64,000 nucleotides of DNA from IMG/VR virus record IMGVR_UViG_3300016484_000735, positions 14,418 through 78,417 of that record; one strand, written 5' to 3'. How positions within the stretch are numbered: the stretch's first letter is position 1; each line of letters begins with the position of its first letter. A program made the position numbers and the translations under genes. The notes beneath the pieces were generated by a model. That model searched no databases. It was given only the letters and a program-made list of their open reading frames with translations, and was not told the DNA's origin. Below are positions 17,269 to 27,130 of the stretch, in pieces. Source of the DNA: a virus.

Positions 17269-18813
17269 TCAAGGAATATTCGGGAAATTAGGTTCTGGAA
17301 CGCTTGGTGAGCTCGGCATCAGGGATGCAGCGGCTGAAACACCAGCCGGCAGAGCAGAGAGCGATTCCGAGATCGGTGCTTTCTTCGTAGAGTCCGAGAT
17401 CGCAGCCGAGACAGAAGACACGGAGCCTGTGATCGAACCGGTGACGTTCCCGAACCCAGAGCCGGCTGTCGGCAGAACCGGAGGTGCAGCGACAGATTGT
17501 GCTTCTGGCTTCTTCGTGGCTGCCGGATTCTCAGGAGATTTGAACGCGAACTTCGAAGATGTGCTGAACTTCCCGATGCCGTACTGGCTGTAGCTCATCT
17601 GGTCGAACTGATCAGTGCTGTACGACTCAACGAGCTGCAGACTAACCTGAAGAACGACCGGGAACGGAATCACAGCTTCACCAGGAATCACGGTCTGAAC
17701 GCCGGTCTCGTCATCGATCAGCAGATTCAACCGAGCTGCCGGGATGTAGTCGACATCACGTGGGAACTGCCAGGAGAGCGAGGTCAGAACAGTTGGGACC
17801 GGACCGATCATCGACTCACGGTACCCGTGGAACCGAAGGACCGGCGGAGGCGAGCCGATTCGGGAGCCGTACATCGAGTCGAACGAGTTCGCTTCACCGA
17901 ACACCGGCATCGTCCACTGACGAAGCTTGTTCAGGTACAGGAGGTTCTTCGTCGCCTCATCAGAGGTTCGAGAGATCAGCGAGACGTTCACCGTGTACTG
18001 GACCGAGGACGTGCCCTTGTACTTCTGGAACGCACCAGGGAACTGCGGCGGGGCGACAGCTTCGTACTCGACAGAACGAGACTCCTGAACTTCTGGCATC
18101 ACGTCGAATCGAATCGAGAACCCGTCCGGATCAGTGAGCGACACGAAGTACTTCACATCCTTCGCGCGGGCAGAATCAGCGGCTTCGATCTGAGCTCGAA
18201 GAGCAGCAGCTGAAGCTTGACCTTCGGCGGCGGCCGCCAGAGCGTTAGTCTGCTTCAGCTGCGCAGCGGCATCGAGCTTCTTCAGTTGTTCTGGTGAGGT
18301 GCCGAACAGGAACTCCTTAGCGGAGCCGGCTGCCTTCGAGAACTGACCCTTGATGTCGGTTGCCGAGAACTTCTTCGCGAGCGCGTCGTACCCTTCGTTC
18401 AGGCGTTTCCCGGCATCACCGAGGCTGAATCCGCTAGTGCTTCCAGCCGATCCAGTGTTCTCGCTCTGATTCCCGAACAGGTTCTTCACAGATGCCGTTG
18501 CAGAATCGAGCCAGCTCGAGTACGAGGCCTTGTTCTCGGCGGCGGCCTGCGTCTCGGCCTTCATATCGAAGATCCCAGCAGCTGCTTTATCGCCTGACGC
18601 CCGGGCATCGTCCGCCATCGAGGCGTACAGCGAACTGATCTCGTCGTTCTTCGTGGCTTCAGCAGCTGGGTACGCCTTCAGAATCGCTGCACCGGCTGCC
18701 TCCTGCGACTGGATGCTGCCAGGCGAGACTTCAGAGGTCTTTCCCTTTCCGAACAGGCTGATGTTCGAGGTCGCTGAAGAGATCGATGATGTGAGATTAC
18801 TGAAGAAGCTCAC
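17269..18813 (-). CDS. Tail-tube initiator-like baseplate protein (gp48/CIS tube fold) with low-complexity termini
   Basis: Core PEVQESRSVEYE...PPVLRFHGY...VLTSLSWQFP; context. Confidence 0.5.
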   Translation of the reverse strand: MSFFSNLTSSISSATSNISLFGKGKTSEVSPGSIQSQEAAGAAILKAYPAAEATKNDEISSLYASMADDARASGDKAAAGIFDMKAETQAAAENKASYSSWLDSATASVKNLFGNQSENTGSAGSTSGFSLGDAGKRLNEGYDALAKKFSATDIKGQFSKAAGSAKEFLFGTSPEQLKKLDAAAQLKQTNALAAAAEGQASAAALRAQIEAADSARAKDVKYFVSLTDPDGFSIRFDVMPEVQESRSVEYEAVAPPQFPGAFQKYKGTSSVQYTVNVSLISRTSDEATKNLLYLNKLRQWTMPVFGEANSFDSMYGSRIGSPPPVLRFHGYRESMIGPVPTVLTSLSWQFPRDVDYIPAARLNLLIDDETGVQTVIPGEAVIPFPVVLQVSLQLVESYSTDQFDQMSYSQYGIGKFSTSSKFAFKSPENPAATKKPEAQSVAAPPVLPTAGSGFGNVTGSITGSVSSVSAAISDSTKKAPISESLSALPAGVSAAASLMPSSPSVPEPNFPNIP

Positions 18814-18815
18814 GA

Positions 18816-19490
18816 TTACTCCTTAGTGGAGCCGAGAGCAGCTTCGACCTTCTTGAAGATCAGGTCCGCGAGCTTCTGATCGACGCCGAGGATCTTCGCG
18901 AACGCGACCTTGTACCCGAGCTTCACGGCGAGACGAGCCATCGAGCCTGAGATCAGGTGCAGCGGGATCTCTTCGCCCTTTTCGGCGAGCTCCAGAACTT
19001 CTTCTGACGGTGTCCCTTCGTCGTCTGGATCCTCACGGTCCTTCAGACCCGGCACGATCACGTGCTCGAGCTTCTTGCCATCAGGCCCGGTGAAGTACTT
19101 GTCGAGCATCTCGAGGTACTTCGAAGCACGATCAGAACCAGCGGCGATCGCGTACGGCTCGTACCCGGCCTTTCGGACATCCTCGAACGCAGCGAACGCT
19201 GATCCCGAGATGATGAACTGGATCCCGTTCGCCTTCTTCGAGGCTTGCATGAACTTCACGCGCTCTTCGCCGGTCAACGGGTTCTTCGACTTGTCCTTCG
19301 ACGTCTCCTTGCCGGCTACGACCACGACGACCGGCACGACGCCCTTGTTCTCGCGAGCGAACTTCTTCAGCAGATCAATGACCTTGTAGTGCCCGGCAGT
19401 CGGCGGGTTCATGCGACCTACCATCACGACGGCGCGCTTCGACTGCATCCCGACGGTCTCTTCAAAGAGATCGACAGTGAATTCTTCCAT
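18816..19490 (-). CDS. Cytidylyltransferase-like (HxGH nucleotidyltransferase)
   Basis: GRMNPPTAGHY, NPL..EER..F, AGSDR, SGS.AR motifs; late promoter at 19518-19523. Confidence 0.75.
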   Translation of the reverse strand: MEEFTVDLFEETVGMQSKRAVVMVGRMNPPTAGHYKVIDLLKKFARENKGVVPVVVVVAGKETSKDKSKNPLTGEERVKFMQASKKANGIQFIISGSAFAAFEDVRKAGYEPYAIAAGSDRASKYLEMLDKYFTGPDGKKLEHVIVPGLKDREDPDDEGTPSEEVLELAEKGEEIPLHLISGSMARLAVKLGYKVAFAKILGVDQKLADLIFKKVEAALGSTKE

Positions 19491-19618
19491 AGTTCCTCCT
19501 GAACCTAGATCCGATCGTATTTATGGGTGTTCTAGATCCTGTTTTTTGTGTACTCCCTCGTGGTACCGTGTTACAATGACACTGTGCCGTTACAGTAACC
19601 ACTCCACCGAGAGTTCAG

Positions 19619-20146
19619 ATGGCGGCAAAGAAAACAGCATCAACTTTGACTGAGGCGGCAGCCTCTTCTGTTCCGGCCAAGAAGGCGAAGACCGTGAAGG
19701 TCAAGAAGGAACGGAGCACGAGCACCCGGGGGCACTACGTCACGAACGCTCAACTCCTGCCGGAGATCGCCGCGTGCAAGGCGAACAACAACACGTTGAG
19801 CCCAGCGCTCGCGAAGATGCTCTGGATGATTGCCGAACGGTACTCGTACTCGGCATCGTTCGCGAACTACTCGTTCCGTGAGGACATGGTCTCGATCGCC
19901 GTTCTGAACCTGTGCGCGAACTGGCATAAGTTCGATCTGACGCGTGAGAACCCGAATCCGTTCTCGTTCTACACGACCTCGGCGTACCGCTCGTTCCTGC
20001 AGTACCTCGCTCACGAGAAGGATCATCGCGACATCCGTGATGCTCTGCTCGTCGATGCCGGCGCGAACCCGTCGTTCAACTACGACGGCGGGCGCGGGAT
20101 GTCGCACGATGATACCGCGTTCCGTGGGTCGAACTCTGGAGACTGA
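19619..20146 (+). CDS. gp55: Late transcription sigma factor gp55
   Basis: HYVTNAQLL, FANYSFREDM, NPFSFYT...FLQYLAHEK match gp55 family. Confidence 0.85.
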   Translation: MAAKKTASTLTEAAASSVPAKKAKTVKVKKERSTSTRGHYVTNAQLLPEIAACKANNNTLSPALAKMLWMIAERYSYSASFANYSFREDMVSIAVLNLCANWHKFDLTRENPNPFSFYTTSAYRSFLQYLAHEKDHRDIRDALLVDAGANPSFNYDGGRGMSHDDTAFRGSNSGD

Positions 20147-20148
20147 TC

Positions 20149-21219
20149 GTGATCAGTACGTCGATCAAGGATCGAGTTCGTGGTCCGATCACGAAGCTCG
20201 CGATGTTCACAGACATCCACTTCGGGGCGCGGAATAACTCTGATCAACACAATCTGGACAATCTGGACTACATCGACTGGTTCATCGAGCGAGTGAAGGA
20301 AGAGAACCCGAGCCACATCGCGTTCCTCGGCGACTTCTTCGAGAACCGGAACGCGATCAATGTTCGGACGTTGAACCACGCGATCACGGCGTGCCGTCGT
20401 TTGAACTCGCTCGGGATCCCGGTGATCTGGGTCGTCGGGAACCACGATCTGTACCATCGAAGCACACGGTCGGTGTTCAGTACGAACATGTTCGATGATC
20501 TCGAGAACTTCATCGTGATCTCGGAGACGACTGAGCTCACGAAGGATTTCCTCGTGTGTCCGTTCCTGTTCAAGGACGAGTACGTCGCTCAGGCTGCCCA
20601 GATCAACGCGCACAAGTACGTGCTTGGTCACTTCGAGTTCAAGGACTTCGTTGTGGCTGGAAGCACTCGGACGCTGGATCACGGCCCTGATGGTGGTGCG
20701 TTCACTGGACCGAAGTACATCTTCTCCGGTCACTTCCACAAGCGCCAGTTCAATCGGAACATCGTGTACATCGGGAACACGTTCCCGACGAACTACGGCG
20801 ATGCTGGTGATGCTGAGCGCGGGATGGCAGTGTTCGACGTTCTGAACGACGATGTGTACTTCCATAACTGGGACGATGCTCCGTTGTTCTTCAAGACGAA
20901 GCTCACTCGAGTGATCAACGGCGAGGTCGACTGGCCTCCACGAGCTCGCGTTCGCTGCGTTCTGGACATGGACATCGGGTACAGCGAAGTGCAGACGCTG
21001 CGTGAAGAGATGATCGACACGTTCAGCCTTCGCGAGTTCTCGGTTGAAGAGGACGTTGCACTCCGGAAGGAGATGCTCAGCGAAGGCCTCGAGCTCGAGC
21101 ATGATCTGGATACGAGCTCGTTGGATGCGACTGTTCGTCAACTGATCACCGAAGGCGTTCAAGCTTCAGCCACGATCGATCCTGGAACCCTGGTGAAACT
21201 GTACGAGGAACTTCGATGA
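20149..21219 (+). CDS. gp47: Recombination nuclease gp47 (Mre11/SbcD)
   Basis: TDIHFG, LGDFF, VGNHD, GHFE, SGHFH metallophosphoesterase motifs. Confidence 0.92.
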   Translation: MISTSIKDRVRGPITKLAMFTDIHFGARNNSDQHNLDNLDYIDWFIERVKEENPSHIAFLGDFFENRNAINVRTLNHAITACRRLNSLGIPVIWVVGNHDLYHRSTRSVFSTNMFDDLENFIVISETTELTKDFLVCPFLFKDEYVAQAAQINAHKYVLGHFEFKDFVVAGSTRTLDHGPDGGAFTGPKYIFSGHFHKRQFNRNIVYIGNTFPTNYGDAGDAERGMAVFDVLNDDVYFHNWDDAPLFFKTKLTRVINGEVDWPPRARVRCVLDMDIGYSEVQTLREEMIDTFSLREFSVEEDVALRKEMLSEGLELEHDLDTSSLDATVRQLITEGVQASATIDPGTLVKLYEELR

Positions 21220-21338
21220 ACTGGGAATTCATGGTCACGGCGATCATCGGCTCAGCCTTGATTGGCGCGCACTTCGGGTCTCTGATCCTCGCCATCGGCA
21301 TCTACTTCTGTCTCCTTGCAATCAACAAATCACAATGA
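21216..21338 (+). CDS. 40-aa hydrophobic membrane peptide missing from ORF track
   Basis: MNWEFMVTAIIGSALIGAHFGSLILAIGIYFCLLAINKSQ; ATGA overlap with gp47 stop. Confidence 0.55.
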   Translation: MNWEFMVTAIIGSALIGAHFGSLILAIGIYFCLLAINKSQ

Positions 21339-21346
21339 GTTCAATC

Positions 21347-22054
21347 CTAGTCTAGGTACTTGATTGTCCAACCTTCGACGCGCGAGATACGCTTCTTCGA
21401 TGTGACCACGCCGTTCTCGGTCTTCAGAGCAGCTCTGAATGCCGTGAGCGGGTACTTCGACTCTGCACACCACGCAGTGAGGTCATCAACGATGAAGACC
21501 TTCCCGGACGATGAGGTTACCTCGTACTTTCGATTCTTCGCTGCCCAGGTCTTTGCCATACTTTCCGGTGAGCGGGTACGGTCTTTCTTTGACCAAGTAG
21601 AGCGCCATTTCTGATGTCGTTCTTCGCTCCACTTCTTACCAAAGTTCGGATTGTTCTCACCGCTGTTCAACTCACTCAACAATGCCTTTGTCTCATCAGA
21701 CATCGACCACCCGTCATCACCACCATGACGAGCATTCATCAGAATACCTCCTTCTGGAAGAATACCAAAGTGCTTCGTCAGAATGCGTTCGGTCGCGAAC
21801 GCTGTCACTTCATCGCCTTCATAGACAGTGATCACCGGGAGAGTCCTGTATCCAAGGCTCTTCATCCCAAGCAACCAGCGATCGATGATCTGACCTGAGT
21901 AAGACGAGAGCTCATCATTCAAGAATGATACAATGCCTAGTGGGCGTTCAGGACGCCCCTTCCCAACGTAAGCCGGTTGATGGTCGAATACTCCGAATGG
22001 ATGCTCGAACTTGCCTGGTTTCCGTGGATCAAGTACAACGTATGTGATGAACAT
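21347..22054 (-). mobile_element. Free-standing GIY-YIG (LEM-3-like) homing endonuclease with NUMOD3 repeats
   Basis: YVVLDPRKPG...YVGKGRPER; SDETKALLSELNSGENNPNFGKKWSEE; antisense insertion between gp47 and gp46; TAAATA at 22076-22081 (-). Confidence 0.75.
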
Positions 22055-22099
22055 CAGAACTCCTGTAGTTTCATCTATTTACAGTAAGGAGATGAAGTT

Positions 22100-23839
22100 A
22101 TGTCATCGTTGCTGCGGTTCAAAACACTTGAACTGAGGAATTTTCTTTCGTTCGGCAATCACCCGTCTGTGATCGAACTCGATGGTCAAGGCACGGTCAC
22201 GATCACTGGTGAGAACATCGATCAAGGAGGTTCGAACGGCGCTGGCAAGACCACGTTGATCAATGCGCTGTGTTACGCGCTGTACAACAAGGCGTTCGAC
22301 AACATCACGCTGCAACGTCTCGTGAACACGACGAACGGATTGAAGAACACCTCGATGGAGGTTCGTCTCACGTTCGACAAGGACGGGTGCGAGTACGAGG
22401 TGTTCCGGTCGCGCGGTGCAGCGTACACGGTCGAGATCAAGCGCGATGGTGAAGACATCACGCCAGGCAAGGGTGCCGTCGAGTGCGATGCGCTCCTCGT
22501 CGACATCATCGGGATCAGCTACGAGTTGTTCACGAAGACGATCATCTTCTCTGGGAACTCGCCAGCGTTCTTGCAGCTCCCGTTGTTCCAGCAACGGAAT
22601 CAGATCGAGGAGCTCTTCAACATCACGATGCTCTCTGAGAAGGCGGCACTGCTGAAGGAGCAGATCAAGACGACTGAGCAGGACATCAAGGTCCAAGAGG
22701 CGGTGTGCAAGCAGCAAGAGGGTGCTCTCGAGCTGCACAAGAAGCACGTGCGCGAAGCGAACGATCGTGTATCTCGCTGGGAGAAACAACGTACTGACCA
22801 GATCGCCGATCTGGAAGAGACGCTGCTGATCATCGGACAGGTTGACTTCGACTCTGAGAAGCTCCTGCACGCTGAACGGGCGAAGCTCAAGGAGGAAGGT
22901 GCGTACCTCGCGGCTGCGCTCTCGCCGAAGAAGAAGGACCTCACGACACTCACGAAGAAGGTGAACGAGCTGCTCGCCGAGCACGAACACCTCTCGGATG
23001 CGAAGTGCCCGTACTGCACGCAGTCGTTCGCTGGTGCTGCCGAGAAGCTCGTGAAGGTTGATGCCGACATCGAATCGCGCGGTGCTCGTGTTCTCGAGCT
23101 CGAAAGCGAGGTCGCTGCTCTTGAGGCGAAGCAGGCGGATCAGAAAGCGCGCCTCCGTGAGGTTGAGGGCGCGATTCAGTATCAAGAGCTTGATGAGCTG
23201 TTGGCTGCTCGTGAGAACGCTCAAGGGATGCGGAACAAGATCGCCGAGCTGAAGGTCGCTGTGAACCCGCACATCGAGGCTCGAGATAAGCTCGCGAACG
23301 AATCGCAGAACGCCGTCGACTACCTGAAGGTTGATGAGCTTCGTAAGAAGCTCGATCATCAACAGTTCCTGCTGAAGCTCCTGACCGACAAGAACTCGTT
23401 CCTCCGTCGCCAGATCATCAACCGCACGATTCCGTTCCTGAACGGTCGATTGAACCACTTCACCAGTACGCTCGGCCTGCCGCACGTCGTGAAGTTCGAT
23501 GCCGACATGAGCTGCACGGTTGCTGAGTTCGGTCGTGAGCTCGACTTCGGGAACCTCTCGGCTGGTGAGAAGAAGCGAGTGAACACCGCGATGGCTCTGG
23601 CATTCCGTGATGTTCTGCATCACCTGCACGCGAAGACGAACCTCCTGGTGATCGACGAACTCGACGGTGCTCTGGATCAACAAGGTATCGACAGCATCGT
23701 TCGGATTCTGAAGGACAAGAGCCGTGACGAGGAACTCTCGGTGTTCGTGATCAGCCATCACCCGAGCATCGTGGGTCGCCTCGACAAGAATGTCACGGTT
23801 CGGAAGGAGAACGGGTTCAGCCAGTTCATCGACGAGTAA
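22100..23839 (+). CDS. gp46: Recombination ATPase gp46 (Rad50/SbcC)
   Basis: NFLSFGN, GSNGAGKTT, CPYC zinc hook, LSAGEK signature, IDELDG Walker B. Confidence 0.95.
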   Translation: MSSLLRFKTLELRNFLSFGNHPSVIELDGQGTVTITGENIDQGGSNGAGKTTLINALCYALYNKAFDNITLQRLVNTTNGLKNTSMEVRLTFDKDGCEYEVFRSRGAAYTVEIKRDGEDITPGKGAVECDALLVDIIGISYELFTKTIIFSGNSPAFLQLPLFQQRNQIEELFNITMLSEKAALLKEQIKTTEQDIKVQEAVCKQQEGALELHKKHVREANDRVSRWEKQRTDQIADLEETLLIIGQVDFDSEKLLHAERAKLKEEGAYLAAALSPKKKDLTTLTKKVNELLAEHEHLSDAKCPYCTQSFAGAAEKLVKVDADIESRGARVLELESEVAALEAKQADQKARLREVEGAIQYQELDELLAARENAQGMRNKIAELKVAVNPHIEARDKLANESQNAVDYLKVDELRKKLDHQQFLLKLLTDKNSFLRRQIINRTIPFLNGRLNHFTSTLGLPHVVKFDADMSCTVAEFGRELDFGNLSAGEKKRVNTAMALAFRDVLHHLHAKTNLLVIDELDGALDQQGIDSIVRILKDKSRDEELSVFVISHHPSIVGRLDKNVTVRKENGFSQFIDE

Positions 23840-23878
23840 CGACAGTGGATAAATACGGGATCTGCACAAGGATCCCGT

Positions 23879-24370
23879 ATGTCTAAGCACCTGATCACCC
23901 TCGGACGTTCTCTCCGTGAATCGCACCTCGCCTCCACCTGGCGCGCTCGTCTCGCTGAAGAAGAGATCGAGAACAAGTCGCCTGAATCGGTGTGGGCAGA
24001 GAACAAGGACAACGCCGAGACGTTCATCTCGAACACTGTGTACTACGTGAAGGAGCTTGACGGAGGCGAGAAGTACGAGATCACGACCGTTGACGGCTCT
24101 GAACGGAAGCAGTTCGGCACCGTGTCTCGTGCAGACCTTGACAAGGGGTTCACTCCGATCCGTGCGAACGATGCTGCTGATGCTGAAGGATACAAGCAGT
24201 ACCGGAAGGTCGACGAAGTTCAAGCGTTCAAGTACGACGGCGAGACTGTAAAGGTGAACGGCGTTCTGATCTCGAGCGGTGACTATCTGATCAAGATGCC
24301 GAAGGACGACCAGTTCGTGTACGAAGTGAAGAAGGCGAAGAACTTCGATCTGGCGTACACGAAGAAGTGA
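23879..24370 (+). CDS. Late hypothetical protein (PGDYG-like C-terminus)
   Basis: TAAATA 23850-23855; SGDYLI and F...Y end. Confidence 0.7.
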   Translation: MSKHLITLGRSLRESHLASTWRARLAEEEIENKSPESVWAENKDNAETFISNTVYYVKELDGGEKYEITTVDGSERKQFGTVSRADLDKGFTPIRANDAADAEGYKQYRKVDEVQAFKYDGETVKVNGVLISSGDYLIKMPKDDQFVYEVKKAKNFDLAYTKK

Positions 24371-24394
24371 TGTTCTGAGGGATCTAAATACGGG

Positions 24395-24823
24395 ATGGAC
24401 CAATTCCCGTACCCACCACCGAATCGCACCCAAGAGCCAGTGAAGCTCAAGGGCAAGGATGTCAAAAGCACTCGTCTCTCGTTGCTTGAGCAGCAGGGGT
24501 ACAAGTGCACGTTGTGTCAAGAGCTGTGCTCCGAAGACGAAGCCGTTCTTGACCACTGCCACAAGGGCGGACACGTTCGATCTGTTCTTCATCGCGGCTG
24601 TAATGCCGCTGAAGGGAAGATCATGAACGCGATGCGTCGATACGGTATCACGAATCCGCTCACGTTCCTTGAGCAGATGATCGAGTACCAGAAGACGCAC
24701 TCGACGAATCAGACCGGGCTGATTCATCCGACACACAAGACCCCGGAAGAGAAGGCCGCCGCCGTGAAGGCGCGAGCCAAGAAGAAACGCGAAGCCGCAA
24801 AGAAGGCTAAGCAGCAAGCTTAA
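24395..24823 (+). CDS. gp49: Recombination endonuclease VII (gp49-like)
   Basis: EQQGYKCTLC, VLDHCHKGGHVRSVLHRGCNAAEGKI. Confidence 0.88.
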   Translation: MDQFPYPPPNRTQEPVKLKGKDVKSTRLSLLEQQGYKCTLCQELCSEDEAVLDHCHKGGHVRSVLHRGCNAAEGKIMNAMRRYGITNPLTFLEQMIEYQKTHSTNQTGLIHPTHKTPEEKAAAVKARAKKKREAAKKAKQQA

Positions 24824-24833
24824 GAGAAATCCT

Positions 24834-25427
24834 ATGACAATCGAAACCTCTCTCCCTAGGTGGAGTGTACGCCTTGACGCGTTCCGCCCACACGGGTTCT
24901 CCGACTTGATCCCGATGTTGGATGCGCACTTCCGAGTTCACGAAGACCTCACGAAGTTCCTCGGTCCGTACAATGCCCGCCAACGATCATCGAACCTCCC
25001 GTATCACGCGCCCGACAAGGAAACCCTGCGTCAGCTCGTCCCACAACGGCGGATGAACGACTTCTCGTACAACGCACTCCTGAACAGCACGATCAAATTC
25101 TGCGAGAGCACGAAAGGGATGCGCGCCCTGCCTGAGCCTCATCCTAGCACGATCCATTCGATTCAGCTCCCTCGTCCTGCATTCGAGTTCGCCTCGGTTG
25201 GTGGAGGTAGTACAATGGTGCAGATCATCGGGATTCAGGAACCGATCGAGGTTCGCGGGCTGCGGATGCCGGACGAGGTGAAGTTCATCATCGTTCGCCC
25301 GAAGCTCTCGAAGCTCGGCACAGCCTCGGCGAAGAACTGGGAAGTCTTGTGCTTCCGCCAAGCCCTCGGGTACATCCCAGACTGGGCCGACTCGGATCTG
25401 AACCCACGATACAGCGGACGCTTTTGA
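24834..25427 (+). CDS. Hypothetical protein
   Basis: ORF track; operonic. Confidence 0.7.
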   Translation: MTIETSLPRWSVRLDAFRPHGFSDLIPMLDAHFRVHEDLTKFLGPYNARQRSSNLPYHAPDKETLRQLVPQRRMNDFSYNALLNSTIKFCESTKGMRALPEPHPSTIHSIQLPRPAFEFASVGGGSTMVQIIGIQEPIEVRGLRMPDEVKFIIVRPKLSKLGTASAKNWEVLCFRQALGYIPDWADSDLNPRYSGRF

Positions 25428-25439
25428 TAGGAGAACCGA

Positions 25440-25631
25440 ATGCTCGTTCAGTACACACCAGTGAACTCACTCTCGCTAGAACAGCGCCAGCGCCTTGCTC
25501 AGGCTGCTCGTGTCCTGCTCACGATGAACGAGGCCAGCACCGGTCGAGTGATGTGGGAAGGGAAGTACTTCCAAGTCTCTGAGATTCAGGCTCTCGTGAG
25601 CTCGTCGCGCCAGTTCCTGCAAGAAGGCTGA
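25440..25631 (+). CDS. Hypothetical protein
   Basis: AGGAG RBS. Confidence 0.65.
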   Translation: MLVQYTPVNSLSLEQRQRLAQAARVLLTMNEASTGRVMWEGKYFQVSEIQALVSSSRQFLQEG

Positions 25632-25634
25632 ACG

Positions 25635-25892
25635 ATGAGTGCGAAGCAAGCGAAGCGGTTGCGACAAGCAGCTCGAGGCCTCGTCGTGTCCCTTGACCAG
25701 GCTGGCGTTCAGATCTCCGAGCGGAAGCAGAAGGTGATCGATCACGGTGCCGAGTTCCTGAAGAGCGTGCATCCGAAGGATCGTGTTGATGCTCCAGCCG
25801 AAGGTTCCCTTCAGATCGTGAACGAGGGGAACTCGATGCGCGGTATCATTCGAGCAATGAAGAAAGAACAGAAGCTGCTGAAGTCGCGATGA
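25635..25892 (+). CDS. Hypothetical basic protein
   Basis: Operonic ORF. Confidence 0.65.
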   Translation: MSAKQAKRLRQAARGLVVSLDQAGVQISERKQKVIDHGAEFLKSVHPKDRVDAPAEGSLQIVNEGNSMRGIIRAMKKEQKLLKSR

Positions 25893-27130
25893 CTGAACTG
25901 TACCGAGTGGTGGGTGGAGCTGTCCATCACTCTGATCCTCTGCACGTCGGGAACTTCTTCCCGAACAAGCTCCGTCATCATCGTGGCGTGATGCAGCGTC
26001 GCCAAGACCTGATTCTGTACCTCGCGAACCTGCACGCTGCCGCTGTTGAGACCGGGATGCCGTTGGGCATGATTCACATCCCGATGCGGCTGATGTCGCT
26101 GCGAGCTTGGTGTCAAGACTACCGAGTGATCCTCGATGCGTTCTTCAACGTCGAGCAGCTCGGCTTCAATCTCGGTGATGGTGACTTCGAGATCAGCACC
26201 CTGACGCCGAAGAACGTCACGAACGGGAAGCGAGCAGCATCGAACGCTGCGAAGGAGCTCGTGTACGAGGTGCCAGAACGCCCTGAGAACGGCAGCATCT
26301 CGAAGGTGTACATTCAGCAGCAGAACCGTGAAGCGATCCTGACTCGCCTCACGAACACCTCGCGCCTCGATCTGAAGGCGCCGGTTGAGTGGTTGCTGAA
26401 GCAGAGCGAGGTGAACTTCCACTTCGAGCGAGCTGGGAAGCTTCAACAGCGAGACACGAGCATCTGGCCGGTCCGTGGCGTCGAGACGTGGCCGTCGTGG
26501 CTTCGTGAGATGCTGTTCGGCGAGGGTGTCGACATCGACTCGGCGTACACTCAGTACCTCGTTGGTCGTCTGCGTGATGCATACAAAGGGCGTGAGACGC
26601 TGCTCGAGACGATGTTCCCAGACATTCTTCGGTCGTTGACCGACAAGAAGGCGTGGCGCATCGAACTCTGTGAAGGCGTGCTCGGGCTCGAACCGACCGA
26701 GGAGAACATCGGCGTCGTGAAGCGGCTGTGCATGAGTCTGGCGAACGGGTCCCGGATCAGTCCAGCGATCCTGCTTGGGAACCGATCGTTCAGCGTGACC
26801 GCTGACATCGTGATTCAGAGCACTGAGGACATCCGTCCTGAGAACTTGATCCGAATCGGTGAACGATTGCAGTCGATTGCGAAGCAGTACGTGAACGCTC
26901 GGAAGATGATCTGCACGTCGTCGATGCGAACGCGGGCGACCCGCGAGAATCAGAAGCGGGTGTTCAGCAGTTACTTCGAATGGGAACGTGAAGCACGGTA
27001 CGCGATCTGGGAACAGTGCGACCGACATGGCATCATGGTGCACGACGGCATCGACGGGATCCCAACGGAGTACCTCGATCGGATGCCACAGATCATGGAG
27101 ACGCTGAACATCCGACTCACACGCGGATAA
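25889..27130 (+). CDS. Family-A-related (TV-Pol-like) polymerase domain protein
   Basis: Motif A LR..L....VDIDSAY, motif B K.L..SLANG, motif C MVHDG in correct order. Confidence 0.55.
   Translation: MTELYRVVGGAVHHSDPLHVGNFFPNKLRHHRGVMQRRQDLILYLANLHAAAVETGMPLGMIHIPMRLMSLRAWCQDYRVILDAFFNVEQLGFNLGDGDFEISTLTPKNVTNGKRAASNAAKELVYEVPERPENGSISKVYIQQQNREAILTRLTNTSRLDLKAPVEWLLKQSEVNFHFERAGKLQQRDTSIWPVRGVETWPSWLREMLFGEGVDIDSAYTQYLVGRLRDAYKGRETLLETMFPDILRSLTDKKAWRIELCEGVLGLEPTEENIGVVKRLCMSLANGSRISPAILLGNRSFSVTADIVIQSTEDIRPENLIRIGERLQSIAKQYVNARKMICTSSMRTRATRENQKRVFSSYFEWEREARYAIWEQCDRHGIMVHDGIDGIPTEYLDRMPQIMETLNIRLTRG

Noticed and set aside
22103-24817. 904-aa antisense ORF and many other long antisense or alternate-frame ORFs (e.g. 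746-1789, 25811-27043, 36455-37810, 40485-41768, 49724-51097)
   Set aside because: They mirror well-supported genes. Scarce TTA/CTA/TCA codons in this GC-rich genome remove antisense stops; there are no RBS, promoter or protein motifs.
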